Shown here one piece after another: positions 53,622 to 64,000 of a stretch of 64,000 nt of DNA; within the stretch, counting starts at the first letter, position 1, and each line of letters begins with the position of its first letter. The translations under genes and the position numbers were made by a program. Under the pieces are notes generated by a model. The model did not search any database and was not told the origin of the DNA. It saw nothing but the letters and a program-made list of their open reading frames with translations. Source of the stretch: Eledone cirrhosa (lineage: Eukaryota); NCBI GenBank assembly GCA_964016885.1, contig OZ024765.1, positions 13,082,001 through 13,146,000 on the forward strand. The letters run 5' to 3'.

Positions 53622-53666
53622 TTCCTTTACCGGTTTCGCAGTTCTTCTGCTTTTCAAAAGTAGAAT
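53622..53666 (-). ncRNA. Hammerhead ribozyme, U3-A8 core variant
   Basis: TTCtaCTT-TTGAAAA-GCAG-aagaa-CTGC-GAAA-CCGG-TA-AAGGAA, with palindromic ACCGGT stem III. Confidence 0.65.
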
Positions 53667-53827
53667 TAAGATGGAGGGTATACACACATACACATGCAAT
53701 ATATATATATATATTGCATGTTTATGTGTGCATACATGCACTGTTTTTTATTAGCCCCCAACCCTTCACCTAAAAACATCTTTGCAATCCCTGATAAATG
53801 TTTCTCTTATTTTTCCATTTCAACCAG

Positions 53828-53914
53828 GTTCCCCTATAACCTACTCGGACAACCATAACTTGACACTGAACACTGGGAACAAAATGAAGCCGTCCATTTT
53901 TTTCAACAACTTAG
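53828..53914 (+). CDS. Internal exon (87 nt, phase 1-1): stalk
   Basis: tttttccatttcaaccag|GT..TTAG|gtaagt. In frame: SSPITYSDNHNLTLNTGNKMKPSIFFNNL. Confidence 0.72.
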
Positions 53915-53963
53915 GTAAGTCGTGCACTATTTTAATGGTTTCATGAAATAAAAAAGGTAGAGA

Positions 53964-56900
53964 GGAGCGGATCATCAGATCAGACCAAGGAAACTGTGTT
54001 TCCAGTGCTGGTCCTATCTATTGGTAACAACTCATGGCAGAAGAAAGGAGCTGATCATCAGATCAGACCAAGGAAACTGTGTTTCCAGTGCTGGTCCTAT
54101 CTATTGGTAACAACTCATGGCAGAAGAAAGGAGCTGATCATCAGATCAGACCAAGGAAACTGTGTTTCCATTGCTGGTCCTATCTATTGGTAACAACTCA
54201 TGGCAGAAGAAAGGAGCTGATCATCAGATCAGACCAAGGAAACTGTGTTTCCAGTGCTGGTCCTATCTATTGGTAACAACTCATGGCAGAAGAAAGGAGC
54301 TGATCATCAGATCAGACCAAGGAAACTGTGTTTCCAGTGCTGGTCCTATCTATTGGTAACAACTCATGGCAGAAGAAAGGAGCTGATCATCAGATCAGAC
54401 CAAGGAAACTGTGTTTCCAGTGCTGGTCCTATCTATTGGTAACAACTCATGGCAGAAGAAAGGAGCTGATCATCAGATCAGACCAAGGAAACTGTGTTTC
54501 CAGTGCTGGTCCTATCTATTGGTAACAACTCATGGCAGAAGAAAGGAGCTGATCATCAGATCAGACCAAGGAAACTGTGTTTCCAGTGCTGGTCCTATCT
54601 ATTGGTAACAACTCATGGCAGAAGAAAGGAGCTGATCATCAGATCAGACCAAGGAAACTGTGTTTCCAGTGCTGGTCCTATCTATTGGTAACAACTCATG
54701 GCAGAAGAAAGGAGCTGATCATCAGATCAGACCAAGGAAACTGTGTTTCCAGTGCTGGTCCTATCTATTGGTAACAACTCATGGCAGAAGAAAGGAGCTG
54801 ATCATCAGATCAGACCAAGGAAACTGTGTTTCCAGTGCTGGTCCTATCTATTGGTAACAACTCATGGCAGAAGAAAGGAGCTGATCATCAGATCAGACCA
54901 AGGAAACTGTGTTTCCAGTGCTGGTCCTATCTATTGGTAACAACTCATGGCAGAAGAAAGGAGCTGATCATCAGATCAGACCAAGGAAACTGTGTTTCCA
55001 GTGCTGGTCCTATCTATTGGTAACAACTCATGGCAGAAGAAAGGAGCTGATCATCAGATCAGACCAAGGAAACTGTGTTTCCAGTGCTGGTCCTATCTAT
55101 TGGTAACAACTCATGGCAGAAGAAAGGAGCTGATCATCAGATCAGACCAAGGAAACTGTGTTTCCAGTGCTGGTCCTATCTATTGGTAACAACTCATGGC
55201 AGAAGAAAGGAGCTGATCATCAGATCAGACCAAGGAAACTGTGTTTCCAGTGCTGGTCCTATCTATTGGTAACAACTCATGGCAGAAGAAAGGAGCTGAT
55301 CATCAGATCAGACCAAGGAAACTGTGTTTCCAGTGCTGGTCCTATCTATTGGTAACAACTCATGGCAGAAGAAAGGAGCTGATCATCAGATCAGACCAAG
55401 GAAACTGTGTTTCCAGTGCTGGTCCTATCTATTGGTAACAACTCATGGCAGAAGAAAGGAGCTGATCATCAGATCAGACCAAGGAAACTGTGTTTCCAGT
55501 GCTGGTCCTATCTATTGGTAACAACTCATGGCAGAAGAAAGGAGCTGATCATCAGATCAGACCAAGGAAACTGTGTTTCCAGTGCTGGTCCTATCTATTG
55601 GTAACAACTCATGGCAGAAGAAAGGAGCTGATCATCAGATCAGACCAAGGAAACTGTGTTTCCAGTGCTGGTCCTATCTATTGGTAACAACTCATGGCAG
55701 AAGAAAGGAGCTGATCATCAGATCAGACCAAGGAAACTGTGTTTCCAGTGCTGGTCCTATCTATTGGTAACAACTCATGGCAGAAGAAAGGAGCTGATCA
55801 TCAGATCAGACCAAGGAAACTGTGTTTCCAGTGCTGGTCCTATCTATTGGTAACAACTCATGGCAGAAGAAAGGAGCTGATCATCAGATCAGACCAAGGA
55901 AACTGTGTTTCCAGTGCTGGTCCTATCTATTGGTAACAACTCATGGCAGAAGAAAGGAGCTGATCATCAGATCAGACCAAGGAAACTGTGTTTCCAGTGC
56001 TGGTCCTATCTATTGGTAACAACTCATGGCAGAAGAAAGGAGCTGATCATCAGATCAGACCAAGGAAACTGTGTTTCCAGTGCTGGTCCTATCTATTGGT
56101 AACAACTCATGGCAGAAGAAAGGAGCTGATCATCAGATCAGACCAAGGAAACTGTGTTTCCATTGCTGGTCCTATCTATTGGTAACAACTCATGGCAGAA
56201 GAAAGGAGCTGATCATCAGATCAGACCAAGGAAACTGTGTTTCCAGTGCTGGTCCTATCTATTGGTAACAACTCATGGCAGAAGAAAGGAGCTGATCATC
56301 AGATCAGACCAAGGAAACTGTGTTTCCAGTGCTGGTCCTATCTATTGGTAACAACTCATGGCAGAAGAAAGGAGCTGATCATCAGATCAGACCAAGGAAA
56401 CTGTGTTTCCAGTGCTGGTCCTATCTATTGGTAACAACTCATGGCAGAAGAAAGGAGCTGATCATCAGATCAGACCAAGGAAACTGTGTTTCCAGTGCTG
56501 GTCCTATCTATTGGTAACAACTCATGGCAGAAGAAAGGAGCTGATCATCAGATCAGACCAAGGAAACTGTGTTCCAGTGCTGGTCCTATCTATTGGTAAC
56601 AACTCATGGCAGAAGAAAGGAGCTGATCATCAGATCAGACCAAGGAAACTGTGTTTCCAGTGCTGGTCCTATCTATTGGTAACAACTCATGGCAGAAGAA
56701 AGGAGCTGATCATCAGATCAGACCAAGGAAACTGTGTTTCCAGTGCTGGTCCTATCTATTGGTAACAACTCATGGCAGAAGAAAGGAGCTGATCATCAGA
56801 TCAGACCAAGGAAACTGTGTTTCCAGTGCTGGTCCTATCTATTGGTAACAACTCATGGCAGAAGAAAGGAGCTGATCATCAGATCAGACCAAGGAAACTG

Positions 56901-59900
56901 TGTTTCCAGTGCTGGTCCTATCTATTGGTAACAACTCATGGCAGAAGAAAGGAGCTGATCATCAGATCAGACCAAGGAAACTGTGTTTCCAGTGCTGGTC
57001 CTATCTATTGGTAACAACTCATGGCAGAAGAAAGGAGCTGATCATCAGATCAGACCAAGGAAACTGTGTTTCCAGTGCTGGTCCTATCTATTGGTAACAA
57101 CTCATGGCAGAAGAAAGGAGCTGATCATCAGATCAGACCAAGGAAACTGTGTTTCCAGTGCTGGTCCTATCTATTGGTAACAACTCATGGCAGAAGAAAG
57201 GAGCTGATCATCAGATCAGACCAAGGAAACTGTGTTTCCAGTGCTGGTCCTATCTATTGGTAACAACTCATGGCAGAAGAAAGGAGCTGATCATCAGATC
57301 AGACCAAGGAAACTGTGTTTCAGTGCTGTGTCCTATCTATTGGTAACAACTCATGGCAGAAGAAAGGAGCTGATCATCAGATCAGACCAAGGAAACTGTG
57401 TTTCCAGTGCTGGTCCTATCTATTGGTAACAACTCATGGCAGAAGAAAGGAGCTGATCATCAGATCAGACCAAGGAAACTGTGTTTCCAGTGCTGGTCCT
57501 ATCTATTGGTAACAACTCATGGCAGAAGAAAGGAGCTGATCATCAGATCAGACCAAGGAAACTGTGTTTCCAGTGCTGGTCCTATCTATTGGTAACAACT
57601 CATGGCAGAAGAAAGGAGCTGATCATCAGATCAGACCAAGGAAACTGTGTTTCCAGTGCTGGTCCTATCTATTGGTAACAACTCATGGCAGAAGAAAGGA
57701 GCTGATCATCAGATCAGACCAAGGAAACTGTGTTTCCAGTGCTGGTCCTATCTATTGGTAACAACTCATGGCAGAAGAAAGGAGCTGATCATCAGATCAG
57801 ACCAAGGAAACTGTGTTTCCAGTGCTGGTCCTATCTATTGGTAACAACTCATGGCAGAAGAAAGGAGCTGATCATCAGATCAGACCAAGGAAACTGTGTT
57901 TCCAGTGCTGGTCCTATCTATTGGTAACAACTCATGGCAGAAGAAAGGAGCTGATCATCAGATCAGACCAAGGAAACTGTGTTTCCAGTGCTGGTCCTAT
58001 CTATTGGTAACAACTCATGGCAGAAGAAAGGAGCTGATCATCAGATCAGACCAAGGAAACTGTGTTTTCCAGTGCTGGTCCTATCTATTGGTAACAACTC
58101 ATGGCAGAAGAAAGGAGCTGATCATCAGATCAGACCAAGGAAACTGTGTTTCCAGTGCTGGTCCTATCTATTGGTAACAACTCATGGCAGAAGAAAGGAG
58201 CTGATCATCAGATCAGACCAAGGAAACTGTGTTTCCAGTGCTGGTCCTATCTATTGGTAACAACTCATGGCAGAAGAAAGGAGCTGATCATCAGATCAGA
58301 CCAAGGAAACTGTGTTTCCAGTGCTGGTCCTATCTATTGGTAACAACTCATGGCAGAAGAAAGGAGCTGATCATCAGATCAGACCAAGGAAACTGTGTTT
58401 CCAGTGCTGGTCCTATCTATTGGTAACAACTCATGGCAGAAGAAAGGAGCTGATCATCAGATCAGACCAAGGAAACTGTGTTTCCAGTGCTGGTCCTATC
58501 TATTGGTAACAACTCGTGGCAGAAGAAAGGAGCTGATCATCAGATCAGACCAAGGAAACTGTGTTTCCAGTGCTGGTCCTATCTATTGGTAACAACTCAT
58601 GGCAGAAGAAAGGAGCTGATCATCAGATCAGACCAAGGAAACTGTGTTTCCAGTGCTGGTCCTATCTATTGGTAACAACTCATGGCAGAAGAAAGGAGCT
58701 GATCATCAGATCAGACCAAGGAAACTGTGTTTCCAGTGCTGGTCCTATCTATTGGTAACAACTCATGGCAGAAGAAAGGAGCTGATCATCAGATCAGACC
58801 AAGGAAACTGTGTTTCCAGTGCTGGTCCTATCTATTGGTAACAACTCATGGCAGAAGAAAGGAGCTGATCATCAGATCAGACCAAGGAAACTGTGTTTCC
58901 AGTGCTGGTCCTATCTATTGGTAACAACTCATGGCAGAAGAAAGGAGCTGATCATCAGATCAGACCAAGGAAACTGTGTTTCCAGTGCTGGTCCTATCTA
59001 TTGGTAACAACTCATGGCAGAAGAAAGGAGCTGATCATCAGATCAGACCAAGGAAACTGTGTTTCCAGTGCTGGTCCTATCTATTGGTAACAACTCATGG
59101 CAGAAGAAAGGAGCTGATCATCAGATCAGACCAAGGAAACTGTGTTTCCAGTGCTGGTCCTATCTATTGGTAACAACTCATGGCAGAAGAAAGGAGCTGA
59201 TCATCAGATCAGACCAAGGAAACTGTGTTTCCAGTGCTGGTCCTATCTATTGGTAACAACTCATGGCAGAAGAAAGGAGCTGATCATCAGATCAGACCAA
59301 GGAAACTGTGTTTCCAGTGCTGGTCCTATCTATTGGTAACAACTCATGGCAGAAGAAAGGAGCTGATCATCAGATCAGACCAAGGAAACTGTGTTTCCAG
59401 TGCTGGTCCTATCTATTGGTAACAACTCATGGCAGAAGAAAGGAGCTGATCATCAGATCAGACCAAGGAAACTGTGTTTCCAGTGCTGGTCCTATCTATT
59501 GGTAACAACTCATGGCAGAAGAAAGGAGCTGATCATCAGATCAGACCAAAGAAACTGTGTTTCCAGTGCTGGTCCTATCTATTGGTAACAACTCATGGCA
59601 GAAGAAAGGAGCTGATCATCAGATCAGACCAAGGAAACTGTGTTTCCAGTGCTGGTCCTATCTATTGGTAACAACTCGTGGCAGAAGAAAGGAGCTGATC
59701 ATCAGATCAGACCAAGGAAACTGTGTTTCCAGTGCTGGTCCTATCTATTGGTAACAACTCATGGCAGAAGAAAGGAGCTGATCATCAGATCAGACCAAGG
59801 AAACTGTGTTTCCAGTGCTGGTCCTATCTATTGGTAACAACTCATGGCAGAAGAAAGGAGCTGATCATCAGATCAGACCAAGGAAACTGTGTTTCCAGTG

Positions 59901-61541
59901 CTGGTCCTATCTATTGGTAACAACTCGTGGCAGAAGAAAGGAGCTGATCATCAGATCAGACCAAGGAAACTGTGTTTCCAGTGCTGGTCCTATCTATTGG
60001 TAACAACTCATGGCAGAAGAAAGGAGCTGATCATCAGATCAGACCAAGGAAACTGTGTTTCCAGTGCTGGTCCTATCTATTGGTAACAACTCGTGGCAGA
60101 AGAAAGGAGCTGATCATCAGATCAGACCAAGGAAACTGTGTTTCCAGTGCTGGTCCTATCTATTGGTAACAACTCGTGGCAGAAGAAAGGAGTTGATCAT
60201 CAGATCAGACCAAGGAAACTGTGTTTCCAGTGCTGGTCCTATCTATTGGTAACAACTCATGGCAGAAGAAAGGAGCTGATCATCAGATCAGACCAAGGAA
60301 ACTGTGTTTCCAGTGCTGGTCCTATCTATTGGTAACAACTCGTGGCAGAAGAAAGGAGCTGATCATCAGATCAGACCAAGGAAACTGTGTTTCCAGTGCT
60401 GGTCCTATCTATTGGTAACAACTCATGGCAGAAGAAAGGAGCTGATCATCAGATCAGACCAAGGAAACTGTGTTTCCAGTGCTGGTCCTATCTATTGGTA
60501 ACAACTCATGGCAGAAGAAAGGAGCTGATCATCAGATCAGACCAAGGAAACTGTGTTTCCAGTGCTGGTCCTATCTATTGGTAACAACTCGTGGCAGAAG
60601 AAAGGAGCTGATCATCAGATCAGACCAAGGAAACTGTGTTTCCAGTGCTGGTCCTATCTATTGGTAACAACTCATGGCAGAAGAAAGGAGCTGATCATCA
60701 GATCAGACCAAGGAAACTGTGTTTCCAGTGCTGGTCCTATCTATTGGTAACAACTCGTGGCAGAAGAAAGGAGCTGATCATCAGATCAGACCAAGGAAAC
60801 TGTGTTTCCAGTGCTGGTCCTATCTATTGGTAACAACTCGTGGCAGAAGAAAGGAGCTGATCATCAGATCAGACCAAGGAAACTGTGTTTCCAGTGCTGG
60901 TCCTATCTATTGGTAACAACTCGTGGCAGAAGAAAGGAGCTGATCATCAGATCAGACCAAGGAAACTGTGTTTCCAGTGCTGGTCCTATCTATTGGTAAC
61001 AACTCATGGCAGAAGAAAGGAGCTGATCATCAGATCAGACCAAGGAAACTGTGTTTCCAGTGCTGGTCCTATCTATTGGTAACAACTCATGGCAGAAGAA
61101 AGGAGCTGATCATCAGATCAGACCAAGGAAACTGTGTTTCCAGTGCTGGTCCTATCTATTGGTAACAACTCATGGCAGAAGAAAGGAGCTGATCATCAGA
61201 TCAGACCAAGGAAACTGTGTTTCCAGTGCTGGTCCTATCTATTGGTAACAACTCATGGCAGAAGAAAGGAGCTGATCATCAGATCAGACCAAGGAAACTG
61301 TGTTTCCAGTGCTGGTCCTATCTATTGGTAACAACTCATGGCAGAAGAAAGGAGCTGATCATCAGATCAGACCAAGGAAACTGTGTTTCCAGTGCTGGTC
61401 CTATCTATTGGTAACAACTCATGGCAGAAGAAAGGAGCTGATCATCAGATCAGACCAAGGAAACTGTGTTTCCAGTGCTGGTCCTATCTATTGGTAACAA
61501 CTCATGGCAGAAGAAAGGAGCTGATCATCAGATCAGACCAA
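53964..61541. repeat. 83-bp satellite array, ~91 nearly identical copies
   Basis: Monomer CCAAGGAAACTGTGTTTCCAGTGCTGGTCCTATCTATTGGTAACAACTCATGGCAGAAGAAAGGAGCTGATCATCAGATCAGA. ORF starts recur every 83 nt. Confidence 0.99.
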
Positions 61542-61572
61542 ATAAACAATGTTTCCATTGGTCTTCCCTTCC

Positions 61573-61900
61573 CAGCTCGAGCCGGTGGGGCTGGACCGAG
61601 GGGACGGCAAAAGGCCAGATGGCATGACCATCTTCCCGTTCCGCGGTGGCAAACCCCTCGTCTGGGATGCCACTTGCACCGACACTTTCTGCAGTCTGCG
61701 ACTAACCCAGGTTCTGCTGCACTGTAAATGCGGTTGGTGTTAGGAAGGGCATCCAGTCGTAGAAAATCTGCCAGATAGTCCTATATGAGGGAGACACGGT
61801 CACCCAACCAATCTTGTCTCAAGTGGGACAATTCCCGCTTAACCCATGCTAGCATGGAAGATAGACGTTAAACGGTGATGATGATGATGATGATGATGAT
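61573..61900 (+). mobile_element. CRE-like fragment (61573-61723) fused to a SINE 3' half
   Basis: [39 protein letters not shown], then CACTGTAAATGCGGTTGGTGTTAGGAAGGGCATCC..(GAT)n. Confidence 0.8.
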
Positions 61901-62305
61901 ACAGTTATGTCAAAGCTAAATTCTAATTCTATTTATATATACATATATCATCATTATCATCATCATCATCATCATCATCATATCATCATCATCATCATTT
62001 TACGTCTGCTTTTCCCTGCCATATGTGCCACAAGATCTACAAATCTTAAAGAGGTCTAAAGAGGCATTTCAAGGTTCATCAAGATATGCACGTTGCCCAA
62101 GCTGCACAAAAACTAATATACAGTTTATGTGGACAGCTTTTTAAATGTATGTCTGGTCTAAAAAGCCACGTAAGATCTCATGGCAGAACTAAACATCATG
62201 TACACTAGAGTGGTCGGGTATTGTATTGAGCAGACAACCAATATATTTACACGCACACATCTATGCTTATGTGTGTATGTGTATGTATATAAATGTATAT
62301 GTATG

Positions 62306-62336
<31 letters not shown>

Positions 62337-62494
62337 ATATGTATGTGTATATATATGTGTGTGTGTGTGTGTATATATGTATGTTTATACATGTATATGT
62401 ATGTATATATATATATATGTGTGTGTGTATATGTATGTGTGTATATATATATATGTATGTGTGTGTATGTATGTGTGTGTATATATATATATAT

Positions 62495-62690
62495 AACGGA
62501 TGAAATGTGGTAAGGAACCAGGTGGACCATAACGCACCAAAGTACTCAATACTTAGGGTAGTAGAGTGGGTAATAGGAACGAGTAGGACCCCCGACGGCT
62601 GAGCTCAAGCCGTTTCGACGGCTAATTTTTAGTCCAGAATTAGCCGTTGAAACGGCTTGAGCTCAGCCGTCGGGGTCCTACTCGTTCCTA
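62495..62690. mobile_element. Fold-back module, family B
   Basis: TAGGAACGAGTAGGACCCC..GACGGCTAATT is inverted at 62638-62690, with (TA)n on both sides. Confidence 0.7.
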
Positions 62691-62922
62691 TATATATATA
62701 TAGAAGGTGAGTAATATTGTAGAACAATAAAACTATGCATATATCAGATAAGTAGCACTCAACAGTTGCTAGAACTGGAGTATATATAATAAAGATGAAA
62801 TAAAGATGGTTATAAGAGTTCCATATATTTTATTATACATATTTCGAATACAAAATACATATGTAAACTTAGCACTTTCCTATAAACAAGTGCTATTCTG
62901 TCTCATATCATTGTACCTTATT

Positions 62923-62985
62923 TTTTATCTGAAGAGAACACATCTATCCCAGGATGATTTTGTATTCGAAATACGTATAATAAAA
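62923..62985 (+). ncRNA. Type I hammerhead ribozyme inside a fold-back module (62783-63030)
   Basis: TTTTAT-CTGAAGA-GAAcACA..TGTaTTC-GAAA-TACGTA-TA-ATAAAA, with palindromic ATACGTAT stem III. Confidence 0.7.
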
Positions 62986-63057
62986 TATATGGAACTCTTA
63001 TAACCATCTTTATTTCATCTTTATTATATATATATATATATATATGTGTGTATGTAT

Positions 63058-63553
63058 GGAAGAGCAGGAAGTTCACGCTCAAAACAAAGATGAGATTCTA
63101 CAACAGCAACGTGCTGTCCACGCTCTTGTAAGGAAGTGAAACATGGCACCTTAAGACCAGCCAAGAGAAGAAGTTGGACGCATTCGATTCCAGATGTCTG
63201 CGAAAGACCCTGGGGATTAAATGAAGTGACCATGTAACAAACCAGGAAGTCAGGAACCGCACCAACCAGCAGCTAGTCTCTTCTGCCATCTGCAAGCGAC
63301 GCCTGGGCTGGTTTGGACACGATTTGAGACTTCCCCCCGGAGAGACTGGCGAACCAAGTACTTAAATGGAGCCCGCCGCAGGGAAGCAGACGGAGAGGGC
63401 GACCCAAAATGAACTGGCGCCAGACAGTTGAGAGGGACCTGCGAGCGACAAACGGACAATGACTGGACGCTGTGCAACTGGCTGCTGACCGAACGCGATG
63501 GAACACTATGATTGCCTCATACGTCGCAAGACGTGGGAGCTTCTGAGTCTGAG
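63058..63553 (+). mobile_element. RTE-clade LINE 3' fragment
   Basis: RKFTLKTKMRFYNSNVLSTLL*GSETWHL..KKLDAFDSRCLRKTLGIK*SDHVTNQEV..RRLGWFGH..RRRGRPKMNWRQTVERDL..AADRTRW, followed by a CTGAGT tail. Confidence 0.88.
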
Positions 63554-64000
63554 AGTATGTATGTATATATACATATATTAATACCAGCATTCAATCTCTT
63601 TTGTAGAAATCATACTGGGAATTGCAGCTCCATTGTTAGCCATTATATCATTCTTTGCCATAGGGATGTGTTACTGGTAAGCATCTTCTATTGTATTTTC
63701 TGTATTGTTTTAACTATTGTCATTAGAGAGTATGTAGGACAACGGTATCTCCTGTATATTTTCTCTTTTGTTTTTTTTAAGACAATGTAGTGTGACACGG
63801 TGCAGCGAATTGGCAGGGTCGGTAGAATGGTGGATAGAATGCTTTATGGTTTTCGTTCCGGCTCTCTGCTCTCTGAGTTCAAATCCCGCCATGGTCAACT
63901 TTGCCTTTCATCCTTTTATGGTCGATAAAAAAAAAAAATGTACCAGTCTTGTACTGGTGTTGATTCTTCCTCTCTCTGGAAGAAATCTGCTGTACTCAGG

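Noticed and set aside
53964-61541. CRISPR-like array, or a tandem cluster of 65-aa genes
   Set aside because: There are no unique spacers and no cas genes. The 83-bp period is not a multiple of 3, so the ORFs are repeat artefacts.
53964-61541. Hammerhead ribozyme in the satellite monomer (minus strand has CTGATGA and GAAAC)
   Set aside because: No stem I pairing forms around the core and stem II is unconvincing. GGAAAC/GTTTCC is a simple hairpin, and the plus strand has the non-canonical CTGATCA.

Overview
Eukaryotic, AT-rich, microsatellite-saturated genomic DNA. The SINE and LINE repertoire and the (TA)n density suggest an octopus or other coleoid cephalopod (inference). Almost all listed ORFs are microsatellite or tandem-repeat artefacts. 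One real spliced gene is visible on the + strand: four phase-1 exons (48569-48799, 50161-50523, 52275-52451, 53828-53914) that join in frame and encode a divergent SUEL/galactose-lectin-like domain, a CUB domain and a Ser/Thr/Asn-rich stalk. A 7.6 kb, about 91-copy, 83-bp satellite begins about 50 bp into the next intron, and its monomer resembles a local SINE body. The rest is retroelement debris (CR1, RTE, CRE-like, Tx1/L1-like LINEs, three tRNA-headed SINE families), piggyBac-like and hAT-like MITEs, and minisatellites grown inside these elements. The most striking hidden signal is a set of short modules from many different families, embedded in (TA)n tracts and often folded back as inverted duplications. 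They carry at least five well-formed type I hammerhead ribozymes plus core variants (U3-A8 covariation, a 1-nt core insertion). One module is attached to a decayed Penelope-like GIY-YIG endonuclease ORF. All folds and alignments were done by eye, and repeat boundaries are approximate.
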